Assembly (NCBI GenBank): GCA_965644315.1
Contig: CBFFRQ010000049.1
Span: 1 to 64,000 of the forward strand
DNA from: Caecitellus pseudoparvulus
Taxonomy: Eukaryota > Protista > Bigyra: Bicosoecida
Reading direction: 5' to 3'
DNA length: 64,000 nt
The notes beneath the pieces were generated by a model that was not told where the DNA came from, did not search any database, and saw nothing but the letters and a program-made list of their open reading frames with translations. Every line of letters begins with the position of its first letter. Position 1 is the stretch's first letter. Shown here one piece after another: positions 44,606-56,225 of this stretch. Both the position numbers and the translations under genes were made by a program.

Positions 44606-47600
44606 CTAAAAGCGCTGGTCTGGCACGGAGCTCGCCCGCGGGGAGCGGGGAGGAGGGGGCAGCGTGGACACGGCAGAGCGCGCCGGATCCCGCACGCTGG
44701 GTGGAGGCTGCCGTGCTCCGCCTGTGAGGCGGAAGGCGCCTTGGGAGCCCCTGGTTGCCGCTCGTGGGTTGGTGCGCCCACTGGCCGCAGCAGAGGGTGC
44801 CGTGAGCACTCCCCGTTGAGCCGGGGGTGCTGGGGCCGTTGACCCTGCGCCGGGGAGGGCGGCGTGGGGATGCCGTGGCGCCGGGGTTGTGACGGCGTCT
44901 GCGAAAGACCGGCGTGGCGTCGGCGCTGTGGGTGGTCCGCCGCGCCCTGTCACCGTTTCGGCAAAGCTGGCACGGGAGTGGGGGGCGCTGGGCTGGGTCA
45001 GGTGCCCCCCACCCCCCTCGAGGGGATTGTGGGCCTCACGCTGCCCAGCAGCCGGTGCCGGTGCCGGCACGGGGCGAGGCATGGGGTTGCTGGGGCTCTC
45101 CACGTGGCTGCCACTGCGCTGCACGGTGGGCTGGGTGGACTGTGGCGCCGACGCGCCATAGGCGGGGCTGAGCACAGAGGGTTGGCGAGGCGGCGGCGCC
45201 CCCCGACCCTCCGTCATCTCCACGCCCTTCGCCGACTCCTCGTCGTGGACACGGGCGCCATGTGGGATGTCCAACCCGTCGCTGGCGCCGAGGCGGGAGT
45301 GGGGGCGCTTGCCTCGACCCCCCTTGGCCTGGCCCTTGCCTGACCCCTTGCGGCAGCAGGGGCAGTAGCCGCCCACCACTGCGAAGATGATGAGGCCGAT
45401 GATGACTGCCAGCCCCAGGCCCGCGAAGAAGAGACCGATGGCACTGCCTGTGGGCACGCCTGCCTCAGCTGGCAAGGGCGCTGCGGCGGCCTGAGAACAC
45501 TGGCACCGTGTCAGCTCCTCACGGGCGGAGCAGGGCGCCCCTCCTGCTGAGGGCCGCTGTACCACAGGGCGCACGCTGCGCTGCCAGCCCGTGCCGTCCC
45601 CCACGCAGGTGCAGTTGCTGCTGGGACTGGGCTGGCCCAGCTCACAGTCTGTGGTGTTGGCCTGCGGGGCAGGGTTGGCGAGGCCGATCACACAGAAGGC
45701 AGCCCGCGCGGCCTGGGTTCCAGCGTGCAAGACCAAGGCTCGCCCCAGAATGCTGCGGGGGCCTTGGAGGGACACCACAGCGTCGAATGCAGAGCCAAAG
45801 GCAGACGTGCGGCGTCGCAGCTCCGCTGGTGCTGCAGCCCCGGAGGCGGAGAGGGCCGGCGTGGAGGCGCTGGGAGGAGACAGCAACAGCGCCTCCCCGC
45901 CCACCTCCACCACTTCCACCTCGCTGTCCAGCGTGCCGTTCAACCAGCCGTTGTTGAACAGCATGCCCACTTCCTGCAGCTTGGCCCAGGCTGGGCGGCA
46001 GGGGGCAGTGGCGTTGCACCCGCCGAGGTAGTGCCCCCCAACAGACGCCCCCTCCCACCGGTCCCACACGTTGCCCATCTCGTGCACGTGGAAGCCATTC
46101 ATCCCTGGGAACAGCCCGGAGTCCATTGACCATTGCAGGTCCAGCCCTGGGCCTGAAGTGTTCCCAGTCAAGTGCACCCAGCCAGTCACGGGTGCAGGCT
46201 CCAGCGCGCCTGCCCATGCCTCGGTGTCCACGCCGAGGCTGCCGGCTGCCATGGGGGGCGCGGCAGTGCCTGCGATGGGCTGCAGAGCGCATGTGGCCTT
46301 GGTCACGCCGGGCGGCGCTTGCACGGAGCCCCGTTCAGACACGCGCCCGATGACGCACTGCCCCACCCGCACGCCAGCATCCACCCCATCCCCGTGCACC
46401 ACGACGGAGCGCCCGACGATGCTGTTCCCACCCGCCAACTTAGCCACGCGCTCGCGGAAGTACCCTGCGGCGCGACCGCCCGTAGCCTGCAGTGGCACGC
46501 CGTCGTCCAGCAACCCCACTTCCTGCGGCTGCCCAGAAGGGCGGCAGTCATCACAAGTGCCAATAAAGTGCCCTCCAGTCGCTGCAGCGGTGGGGGAGGA
46601 GATGTCCCCCCACGTGTGCACGTGGAAGCCGTGTGGTCCATCCGCCAAGCCCTGGATGTCATACCACACATCCACCTCTGCAGCCGCACCCGAGCCGACG
46701 GTCGTGAACGCCATCCAGCCCCGCAAGGTTTCGGGGCTGTCAGAGGTGCCTTGCAGCACGCACACGGCGTCGGGCTGCACCAGGCCTGGAGGCGTCGCTC
46801 CAAACGCGCCAGTCAGCGCACGGCGCGCCTGCGCATTCGTGCCAGGAGGGGCGGCACACGAGCACTTGCGAGCTGATGCCTGAGCCGCACACTGCTCCCC
46901 GCCGTTCTCAGGATACTGGATGGTCAGCGTACTGCGGCGCTGCAGGCCGATGCCTGCGGCCGCCAGGGCGGGTGTCAACTCCAGGCCCGGGGGCAGGGCG
47001 GCCCCCGCTTCCGTGCTCTGAGCGACATCTGGAGAGCAGACGCACGGCGTCCAGTCCGTGGAGGTGGTGGAGCAGTCCTTGGCAGGGGCCAGTGAGGGGT
47101 CCGCCAGGCCAATGACGCACTGGCCGATTCGCAGAGGCCCCGACCCGCCATGCAGCACCATACTGCGCCCGAGAATGCTGTCCACGCCGCTGAGTGAGGG
47201 CAGGGTGTCCGTGGCCATGCCTCGTGCGCCACCGGAGAGCAGCGTGGAGTTCAAGTTCCCCACGTTGAAGAGCCAGCCGATGCTCTGCTCGCCCACCCAT
47301 GCCGGGCGGCAGGAGGCGTCCGAGCAGGCCCGTCCAAAGAAGTGGCCGCCCACGTCCAGGGCTGCCGCTTGGTCGTACACGTTGCCGAACTGGTGGATGT
47401 GGAAGCCGTTGGGACCAGCGTTGAGCCCCTGGCGCACCCACCAAGACAAGGACACCTCCTCGCCGTTGTCTGTGACGTTCACAGGGCCAGTCACAGGCAG
47501 TGCTGAGCGGGACTCGATGCCACGCATGACGCAAGACGCCTGCGCACGCCCGGGGACGGAGGGGGGCGACACAACCTGTGCTCCCACTGCCGGTGCGTCA

Positions 47601-49831
47601 AAATTGCGCCCGATGACGCACTGCCCCACCCGCGCGCCGGCACTCGTGCCGTTCCCGTGCACCACGATGGAGCGGCTGAGGATGCTGTTCTCTCCCCGCA
47701 GCTTCGCAACACTCTCCGTGAAGAGCCCCGTCGCACGGCCGTTCAGGCTCTGGAGCGGCACGCCGTCGTCCAGCAACCCCACTTCCTGCGGCTGCCCAGA
47801 AGGGCGACACCCGTTGCAGGTGCCAATAAAGTGCCCTCCAGTCGCTGCAGCGGTGGGGGAGGAGATGTCCCCCCACGTGTGCACGTGGAAGCCGTGTGGC
47901 CCATCCGCCAGTCCGCGCACATCGTACAGCACGCTTAGGTCGCTGAGCCCGTTGGTGGTGTCCGTGAGGGTGAACGAGAACCAGCCTGATACGGGTCCGT
48001 CGTTCAACTCGGTGCCTTCCAGAACGCACACAGCAGTAGATGCAGCCGGCAGTCCCGGCGCTGGGAGGGGGGGGGCAGGGGGCGTGCGGTGTGGCAGGGT
48101 GGGCCTTCCGCTCACGGTCCGCGGTGCACTCACTGCACAAGCACGACCGCGTCTGGTCCAGGGAGGGGCACGCTTTGCCGCCGTTTTGAGGGAACTGGTA
48201 AATTTCCCCCGTCCGTGACTCCGTCCCCTGCAAAACTCAGCGCAGGCCGAGGGTGCGCGCATGCTCAGGGGGCAGGCACACACAATCACTCACCAAAATG
48301 GCGCCCGGAGAGCAAGAGCAGGGTGACCATGGCTCGTAGTTCACTTTGCAGTCCACAGCAGGGGCTAAAGCGGGGTTTGTCAGCCCGATGACACACTGTG
48401 CCACACGTGTCGGACCAGTGCCTTGGTGCAGCACCAAGCTGCGCCCAAACACGTCGAAACCAGTGCGAGCCAAGCTGATGACGTCATCTCTCAGCTGGCC
48501 ATAGGAAGCGATGGAACCTGCAGGCGGAGCAGGGAGCAGTGTGGGCTTGCGAGCATCCCAATGCCATGTCCTCGGGAGGTACGCACTGGGAGGGGGCGGT
48601 GAAGGAGAGGGAGAAGGGCTAGCGGAAGGACTCGCGCTCGGGCTGGGAGGGGCGGAGGGGGTGGGAGACGGAGAGGGGCTGGCCTTGTGGCCGGACGGAC
48701 CGATGTACGGCATGGATGTACCATTCAACCAGCCGTTGTTGAACAGCATGCCCACCTCTTGCGCCTTGGCCCAGGGGGGGCGGCAAGGGGCCGCCGCGCT
48801 GCACTGCCCGATGAAGTGCCCCCCGACCGAGGCGCCTGATACCTGGTCTCCCAAGTTGCCGTAGTCGTGCACGTGGAAGCCTGAAAAGGAGCGGGAGGGG
48901 CGGTGCGGGTGTCAAACGTGTGGACAGCTCAGGGTCTCGGTGTGGCAGCCCGAAGGGGGGCGTGTCACGCACCGTTCATGCCCACCTGCAACCCCTCGTA
49001 CACACCCCAGGACACCGAGAGACCGCTTGTGGTGCTGGGCTGGCCAGGGATGCCGGTAAGGTTCACCACACCTGCCACAGAACTGGAGCCGATGGGCTCG
49101 AAGTGGCAGCCTGCCTGGGCCACGCCAGGGGGGCCGTGCAGGAACGGATACTGCTGCTGGTCCGTGCGGCCGATGGTGCACTGCGCCACGCGAGGGTTTC
49201 CCATGCCCTTCAAGTGGATGCCGATGCCTCGGCCCAGGACGGAATTCACGCCCCACAGCTTTGCCACGCGCTCTGTCCAGGTGAGAGGCTGTGACATGTT
49301 GTTGCTGGAGACGATGCTGGCACCATCGGCCAGTGCTCCCACCTGCTGTGGCACGCCCTCGGGGCGGCACTCGTCGCAGTCCCCAACAAAGTGGCCCCCG
49401 AGAGCTGAACCATCAGAGGAGGAAATGTCCCCCCATTCGTACACGTGGAAGGAGTACTCTCCATCGGGGAGGCCTGCGCGAGGTTCAGGCTGACGTGCAA
49501 GGCAGCTGCTTCGCCAACGCCGCAGCGACCGGCAACGCACCCTGAATGTCCACGTGCCCCAACAAGTTGCTCGCGTTCCCTTTCAACGTGTCGGTCAGAC
49601 CAAACCAGAATACACCGTCGACGTTCAGCCCAGCCTCTCGTGTGCTGCGAAGCTCGCATGTCGCGACGGCAATGGAAGGGTTCGCCGGCGGCACGCTCTG
49701 TGCCAAGCCGAAAGGCGCCTGCGCGAGGCAGCAAAGGTGCTGCTGTGGGGGTGACACGCACAGGTGCGTGAGTATGCACAACGCACAAGTACAAAGGCTA
49801 GCGTCGTGAAGAAAGCCGCCTTGCGTGCCAT
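44606..49831 (-). CDS. Type I membrane protein with six Cu/Zn-SOD-fold (Cu-only-like) domains and three spondin-type TSP1 domains
   Basis: Exons 49831-49787, 49718-49541, 49473-48973, 48880-48294, 48227-48134, 48060-44606 total 4860 nt (1619 aa). Signal peptide MARKAAFFTTLAFVLAPFGLA. Six repeats of (G/S)FH(V/I)x..G(D/N)..GGH(F/Y)..(S/D)(I/V)x(G/S)R..H..R...C(V/T)IG. A TSP1 follows every second repeat. TM segment AIGLFFAGLGLAVIIGLIIFAVV. Confidence 0.9.
46494..47910. repeat. 154-bp direct repeat (46494-46647 and 47757-47910) encoding the active-site cores of SOD domains 5 and 3
   Basis: Manual alignment gives 8 mismatches in 154 nt, with perfect blocks of 50 and 80 nt. Confidence 0.9.
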
Positions 49832-50052
49832 GTTGCCCGGCGGACAGCAGAGATGAAAGCGCCGCCTCTCTGCCTACAGTGCCGCAGCACTTGCAGTGCC
49901 GAGCAGGGCTCCCAAAACTGCAGCCACCGTTTCAGAGTGGCAGATGAAGTCGGATAGCTATGTTTTGTTGAAGTGCCTCTCACCCTTTGCGCAGCCTGTC
50001 GAGGGCAGCACTGCCTTCTCGGCCAATTCCCGCACACAACTCCCTCCGGCTC

Positions 50053-50898
50053 ATGGCGGCGCAGCAAGCACCCTCGCCGCAAAGCAACCAGCTGCAGCAA
50101 AGGGGTGTCGTCTTTTCTCATGCTGTGAACAGCGAGGCTGAGCTCTCTGCTGCCCTGGCTTGCACTGCGGTAAACTTCCTGGAAACAGACGTCATCCTGG
50201 CCTCGCCGAAGACGCCAGGCGCCGAGCCTGACGCAGTGCTGGGCCACGACCCCGGTGCCAAGTGGGACCTGGACCTTGCCGGCTACACGGACACACTGCT
50301 TTCAGTACCAGTGGGGGTGAAGCTGGATTTCAAACAAGCCGCAGCGCTGGAAGTGGCCGGGCTACAACTAGCAGCCTTGGCCAAGTCCAGCGTGCTGCCC
50401 AGCCTGGCCTGGGGCGAAGGCGCACCCCCATCCAAGGCACTCCTCATCAACGCAGATGTCCTTCCTGCAGATGCACCCTGTCTGTTCCTGGCTGCGCCGG
50501 GCCTGTCGCCGGAGGAGTTCGGCACCTCTGCGGCAGAAGCTCACACAGAGCGGGTGGTGTCCATCCTCTCGACGGCCCTGTGCAGTGCCCCTGGAGCTGC
50601 CTTGTCTCTGGGCTGGACCACCTGCACCGACACTGGCACGTACAGCGAAGAAGATGTCTCGCACATGGTGGACCTGGTCGCTCGCCTGCGCGCCGCTGTG
50701 GGACAGGACGTGCCCGTCACATACGCCGTGCGAGGCACGTGGGTGCGACGCAGCTGGGGAGCTCTCGAACGCCTCCTTGCCGCCACAGCCCCCGCAGGCT
50801 GCACAGTGTGGTCCCGCACCACCTTACCTGCAGCAGACGAGCAGTGGATGCGAGACACCATGCCGCATGACCGTTCAATGTTGGACCTGCCAAGCTGA
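50053..50898 (+). CDS. Menorin/FAM151 (GDPD-like TIM barrel) protein
   Basis: SHAVNS..L..ALAC..NFLETDV, VLGHDP, GVKLDFK, LINADVL, LSLGWTT, VTYAVR. Confidence 0.85.
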   Translation: MAAQQAPSPQSNQLQQRGVVFSHAVNSEAELSAALACTAVNFLETDVILASPKTPGAEPDAVLGHDPGAKWDLDLAGYTDTLLSVPVGVKLDFKQAAALEVAGLQLAALAKSSVLPSLAWGEGAPPSKALLINADVLPADAPCLFLAAPGLSPEEFGTSAAEAHTERVVSILSTALCSAPGAALSLGWTTCTDTGTYSEEDVSHMVDLVARLRAAVGQDVPVTYAVRGTWVRRSWGALERLLAATAPAGCTVWSRTTLPAADEQWMRDTMPHDRSMLDLPS

Positions 50899-50914
50899 TC
50901 CAGAGCCAAAGCCA

Positions 50915-52509
50915 CTAGCAACGACTGCGCTTGGCCAGGGCTTCGCCCGCAGGGGCGGGCAAGCGAGCCGCATACCGGTGTGCCCAGTAGCCATCCGGGT
51001 ATGGAGCCTCCCAGGTCGCAGACGTGGGCGGGTGCATCCAGTAGTTGAAGGCGAGGTGCCCGCCGCCTTCACCGCCTGATGACGTCACCTCGTGGAACCA
51101 GCCAGCTGGCAAGTACAGCATTTCCCCAGGGTTCACCTGCACCTCCGCCATGCTCAGCTCGCTGAAGCCGGGAAACTCCACCTCCAACTCAGCCAGGGGC
51201 CTGCGTAGGTCCACGCGAGAGAAGTTGTTGGGCAGTGCGCCGGCGGCTGAGGCCGTGGCTCGAGCTGCCGCCGCCGCGTGTTTCGCAGCCTGCACTTCAG
51301 GCATGACATCGTCAAAGTCGTCTGCGAGCATGGCTCCGCCTGTGGCTCCCCCAGGCTGCCCTGCGGGGGGCGCGCTGCCTCCTAGCATAGCCTGCAGCGC
51401 TGCCGCCGCCTCCCCCTCGTCATCGCTGTCCCCTTGCTCAGGCGCCAGCCCCCCCTCGGCCCCGAACAGCCCGCCGTCTTCTTCGTCACTGCTGCCACCT
51501 TCGCTGGCGTCGCCTGCCAGGGCCAAGACAGCGTCCAGAGCTGCGTCTGCGGCCGCGTCAGCTGCTGCAGCTGCTTCCTCAGCCTCTCGAACCTCGTTGG
51601 CAGGCGCACCTGCCGCCTTGAGCTCCTCAACTCGGGCAGCAGTGGCAGCAGCGGTGGCTTGAGCGGTATCTGAGGCCCACTCAACGGCAGAGGCCTCTGC
51701 GGCGCCGTCGGCACGCGTCGGTACGCCGTAGTTGATGACGCCATTGGGATGCACGTGGGTGATGGAGCCGGCAGTGTGCAGGCGCAGCGCATCGGAAGGT
51801 GCGAAGAGCCGGAAGCACTTGGATCCCCGCAGCAGGACGTAGATGTTGTCGTGCGTGTCATGGTGCAGGCCACTGGTGCTGCCTTCGCCTGTGAAGGGGG
51901 TTGCGCCGGGAGCGGTGCAGGTTGGCGAGTTGAAGCCCGGACTCGGGAAACGCACGAGCCAAGCCCTGCCAGAGGTTCCACTGGTCCACGACGAGGGGCG
52001 GACAGGGACTGAGTGGGAAGTCATCCAGCAGCTGTGTGACGGGGGCAGACGCCATGGCAGTGGGCCCATCCTTGTCCTCCTCCAGCGGCTGTGTGGTCAA
52101 GTACAGCGTCTCATCTCCGTCGTCCAGAGCAGTGAGGAAGTCTCCGTAGCGCATGGGCTCCACTCGCCCCAGCCCGAATCGGCCAGTCCCGTCTGTGCGC
52201 CGCTCCACTTCCACAGTGCACTGCCCAGCGGCGGCTTTCAAGTACCTGTGCAGAAGCTTGGCAGCCATTGCAGACCAGTGCCAGGGAACAGCGGGGCGGC
52301 GGGCCTCACTGGTTCGACCACTTCTTGCCTTGGAAACCAGGCAGCGTCCCGACAATCTTGCAGGGTTTACGGGGCACGATGTACGCTTCCCAGAATGCAC
52401 GGGTTCCCACTTGCTCTGCAGGCACGCTGTCCAGACTGAACCCTGCGGATTTTGGCGGCAGCGTGAAGCCAGCGTAAGTGTTGACGGAGTCTGACACCGC
52501 AGCACACAT
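50915..52509 (-). CDS. JmjC / cupin-like 2-oxoglutarate Fe(II) oxygenase
   Basis: Introns 52246-52309 and 51889-51955. FWEAYIVPRKPCKI, NLWQG, SGLHHDTHDNIYVLLRGSK, GEMLYLPAGWFHEV (HxD...H triad), AFNYW. Confidence 0.9.
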
Positions 52510-52702
52510 GGCTCCGGAGTGAGACAGGGCGGGGGAGCAACAACACGGTGTAGAGGCCGCAAATTTAATGCACGTCAAGTGAGGAGGTCTCAGGGTTGTA
52601 TTGGGAACGAGCGCTTGAGTGGTGTGCCGAAGACGTGCCTGATTCGCACTTGAAGCGCATCACTGGACAGGGCGCCTCACTGTGACCCCAGCGGCCACCC
52701 AG

Positions 52703-53420
52703 CTACTGCCCACCTGCCAAGAAACTGGAGCTCGTCGTGACGGCAGCCTGCCGAGGGAACACCTTCTCGCACAGCACTTTGTGCACTTCCTCATCACGGT
52801 CCCCACACAGATCTGAGAGAACGGTAATGACGAAGTCTGCGTCAGCCGCCCACCGCACAGTGGACAAGATGACGCCACTGGTGGAATAGCCACACAGCAC
52901 CAAGTGCTGAACCTTCAGGCCACTCAGCACAGCCGCTAGGTCCGTCGTGCTGAATGCTCCCACGCGGCGCTTCACCACCACCGCGTCTCCCGCCTCGGGA
53001 GCGACATCAGAGTGAATGGCAGCGCCTTCGGTGCCCTGCGTCGCATGAAAGTAGGTGTGTGTCACCTTGCACGCATTGCCAGCCCTATGGGGCTCCCAGC
53101 TACGGAGCAGGGGCTGGCACTTTGTGGCGATGGAGCAATTTCCGCACCTCGTACAAGCCAGCGATCCCCCCGCTTGCTTTGTAAGCGGAAAACATCTTGT
53201 TGGTGTCAGAAACCTCGGGAGCACCTTCTCGGAATCGAACTGCAACGTAGATGATGGGCACCTTTGCTTCTCGGGCCGCTGCAATGACGGGCTGCGCGTC
53301 CTTGGCTGCCTTGGCTGCCGCTTCTGCGCTGCCCAACACGCCTTTCATGATGAAGTTCTGGTAGTCGCAGAGCAACAGGGCGGAGCCTTGGGGCCACGCC
53401 CCGGAGGGTGCAGCAGCCAT
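52703..53420 (-). CDS. Isochorismatase-like cysteine hydrolase family protein
   Basis: Intron 53036-53147. ALLLCDYQN, KRRVGAFSTTDL, LVLCGYSTSGVILSTVRWAADADF, DLCGD, VFPRQA. Confidence 0.9.
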
Positions 53421-53586
53421 GCTTCTTGGAGCAGCAAATGCAATTGGCAAGTGTCGCACCAGCCTCAGGGTCGAGTCGTGTGTGCGAGGGCAGCGAGTTT
53501 TGGCTGTGCAAGTCGGACTGCGGCCCAACAAGGATTGATGCATTACTGTGTGGCAAGCGGCTCGCCAGCAAACTGAATGAAAAGTA

Positions 53587-56225
53587 TCAACAAAAATCAA
53601 AGTAGGGCACTCCAGCCTCGTCCCTGTCCATGCAGCGGGCCCGGAAGCCCGCCAAGAGGCGCACCATGAACGCAGTCGCGGTGATGACGCCCATGCAGAA
53701 CATGAGCACGAAGCCGGGGTAGCGCCGCTGCCAGGCCCGTGTGAGGCGCACGGCCACCATCTCCGTGCTCAGCACCAGCATAGCTGCGGCATACGCCGCA
53801 GCTGACATGTCTGCCACGCTGCTCTGGCGCTGGCCGAAGACAACCAGCCCGTCGCCGTCCGGCTGCGCCTCGCTGTGCTGCGCCATGAGCTCCAGCAGCC
53901 GCCGCCGGGGCAGGGAGGCCCACACGGGGTCCCCCATGCACTGTCTGATGTCATGCAGGTATGTCTGCAGGCGCTGCTGCTCCAGGGAGCGCACGTCAGC
54001 GTCCTCCGCCCGCAGAACACAGGGACAGCCGGCCGGTTGCCGGGGGGTGGCCGGGGCCGGCCGCGGGGTGGGGGACGGAGGGGGGCTGCCACCCGATGCC
54101 TGGGAGTCATCCACAAGCTCCGGCACTTCCACGGCTGTGTGTGGGTCCGGGGCGTCGCTCTCAAGCCGGCCTCGCGGGGTTGGTTGGGGGGAGGCGGACG
54201 CCACTCTGCCAGTGGGAGACTCGGTCTCATCCCTCGCCTCAGCCACCGTGTCCAGGCCGCCCATGACCACTGGAACAGAGGGCTGCGATCGGTCGCGGCT
54301 GAACAGCACACGTGTGCGGCCGCCGTGGTCCTGCCCACCCCCCCCTCCCATGCCCGCCCGGCCCAGCTGCTCCAGAGGCAGTGTCAGCTTGACCCCCGGC
54401 AGCGGGCCTTGAGACTTGTGTCCCGAGCCAGATGCGCCGTGCGTGCCCCGGTGTTGCTCTGCCGCCTCCAATACCGTGCGTGTCGGGAGCTTGGGCAGCC
54501 GCACACGCAGCAGCCAGGCAGCAGCGACGCAGAGCAGGGCCGGACCCAAGTCCGTCGCCACCTCCAGAGCATACTGTGTGCCGACGCGGGCCAGGACGTC
54601 GCCAGTGGACAACGGCGCAGCGCCTGGTGTCGGGGGCAGACGCAGGGTCAGTCCGATGACCAAGAACAGCAGCACGCCAGCTTCCTCTGACATGGAGTCT
54701 GCCAACATGAAGCCGAAGTGTGTGGACAGGCGCTGGGCGGAGAGAATGCCCGTGGGCGTGACGAGGGCAGGCGTGCTGACCCCCTGCCCCAGGCGGGGCC
54801 CCAGGGGCGTTGGTGTTGTGCGGAACGATGGAGAGAGGTGCCCGGGAGGGCCCAGCATGGAAATGGACGGCCCTGTGAACTGGCGGCCGCGCGGCGGGAG
54901 GCGGCTTGGCACCTGCACTCCTCGCACGCGTGCTGTGACGCCAAGGGCCACCTCCGAGAACTGCGACGGGCCAGCCACAGCAGCTGGCTCTATGCAGCAG
55001 TTGGCTGCAGCAGAGCGGGCGGGGCAAAGCCGCCGAGCCAGAACAGTGCCGCATGCAGTGCATGCCTGGTCGCGCTGTGGCACCGTCACTCGCAGCAGCA
55101 ACTCCTGCACAGAGATGGCAGTGGCGAGGACGACAGTGCCCGCAAGGGTGTCCATGCTGGACGTAAAGATGCGGCCGGCCAGAGCGAGGGTGGCCATGAC
55201 TGGCGTTGCGTAGGCCAGTGCTTGGTCGTGCGGGACCTGTGGCGCCATTGTGATGCGGGAGCACACTCGTGTGAGGGCCATGACGCCCTCTGAGAACAGC
55301 GGCCACAGCACCAGCCGAATGACGCCTCGCATGAACGAGGAGCTGCCCGCAAACCACGGCGCGATGGTGTTCACTGAGAGGAAGCCGGCAGCGATGGCGG
55401 CCACCATGACGACGCCTTGCAGCTGCCAGGGATGGAAGATGCTGCGGCGCAGCGCTCCAGACAGCAAAGCGGGCGGCAGCAACGCAAAGGCCACCTGTCC
55501 CAACCACAGGAAGGCTGTGAAGGCGGGGTGGTTCCACCCCCGTGCGATGGCCCACATCATCAGGGGCATCCACAGCGTCACCACAAGCGCAGGCCCAATG
55601 AGGAGTGTCGCCGCTGTGCTCCACCGCAAGAACGTGCCACCCATGAACACCCACCAAGGAACGATACCGATGGGAATGAAGGAGAGGTACAGCCCTACAG
55701 TCTGCCACGCAACGGCCCAGTACCACACCGGCTCCTGCGGTGGGAGGGAGCGGGGCAGGGTTGTGAGAGGTCCTGACTTGGAGAAGCGTCGCCCTGCCGC
55801 GCGTCTGAGGCAGCAGCAGCCCGCCTCACCGACTCGTAGCCCAAGTCGTCACCGCCAAAGAACTGCGGTGTTGGAAATGGGTATGACACCCGGTTGCTGG
55901 TCGCGTTGTAGCCGCCGTGTCGCTCTGGGCAGGGGGCGCGTGTGGAGAAGTGCCACACGCTCACAGAAGCGCTGGAGCAGACGCCCGATCGCCGCGCACC
56001 TGCCACTTCAAAGTACAGCACCATGAGTCTCCAGTGCTGCACGATCATGAGTGCGCACAGCCCGACTCCTCCCAACACTAGCGCCTTGATCGGCAAGCGG
56101 CCGCGTCTGCACGTGAGGGGGGCACGGCGTCAGGCAGTCGCGAGCGACTGGAGCCACTACCCGGACACTCACACCGCCTGCTCGAACAGCGCACTGGCCC
56201 CATTCCCAGCCAGAGCAAGTGGCAT
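53587..56225 (-). CDS. Multi-pass membrane protein of unknown function (5' end uncertain)
   Basis: Many hydrophobic segments in ORF 53587-55728. Introns 55735-55829 and 56107-56172 (and probably 55925-55999) extend it upstream in frame. The start codon is tentative. Confidence 0.65.

Noticed and set aside
38609-53420. Operon-like redox/metal cluster (YHYH, TXNDC17, SOD-repeat, JmjC, isochorismatase)
   Set aside because: Mixed strands, unrelated genes in between, and no shared upstream motif seen. Proximity alone in a dense eukaryotic genome is weak evidence.
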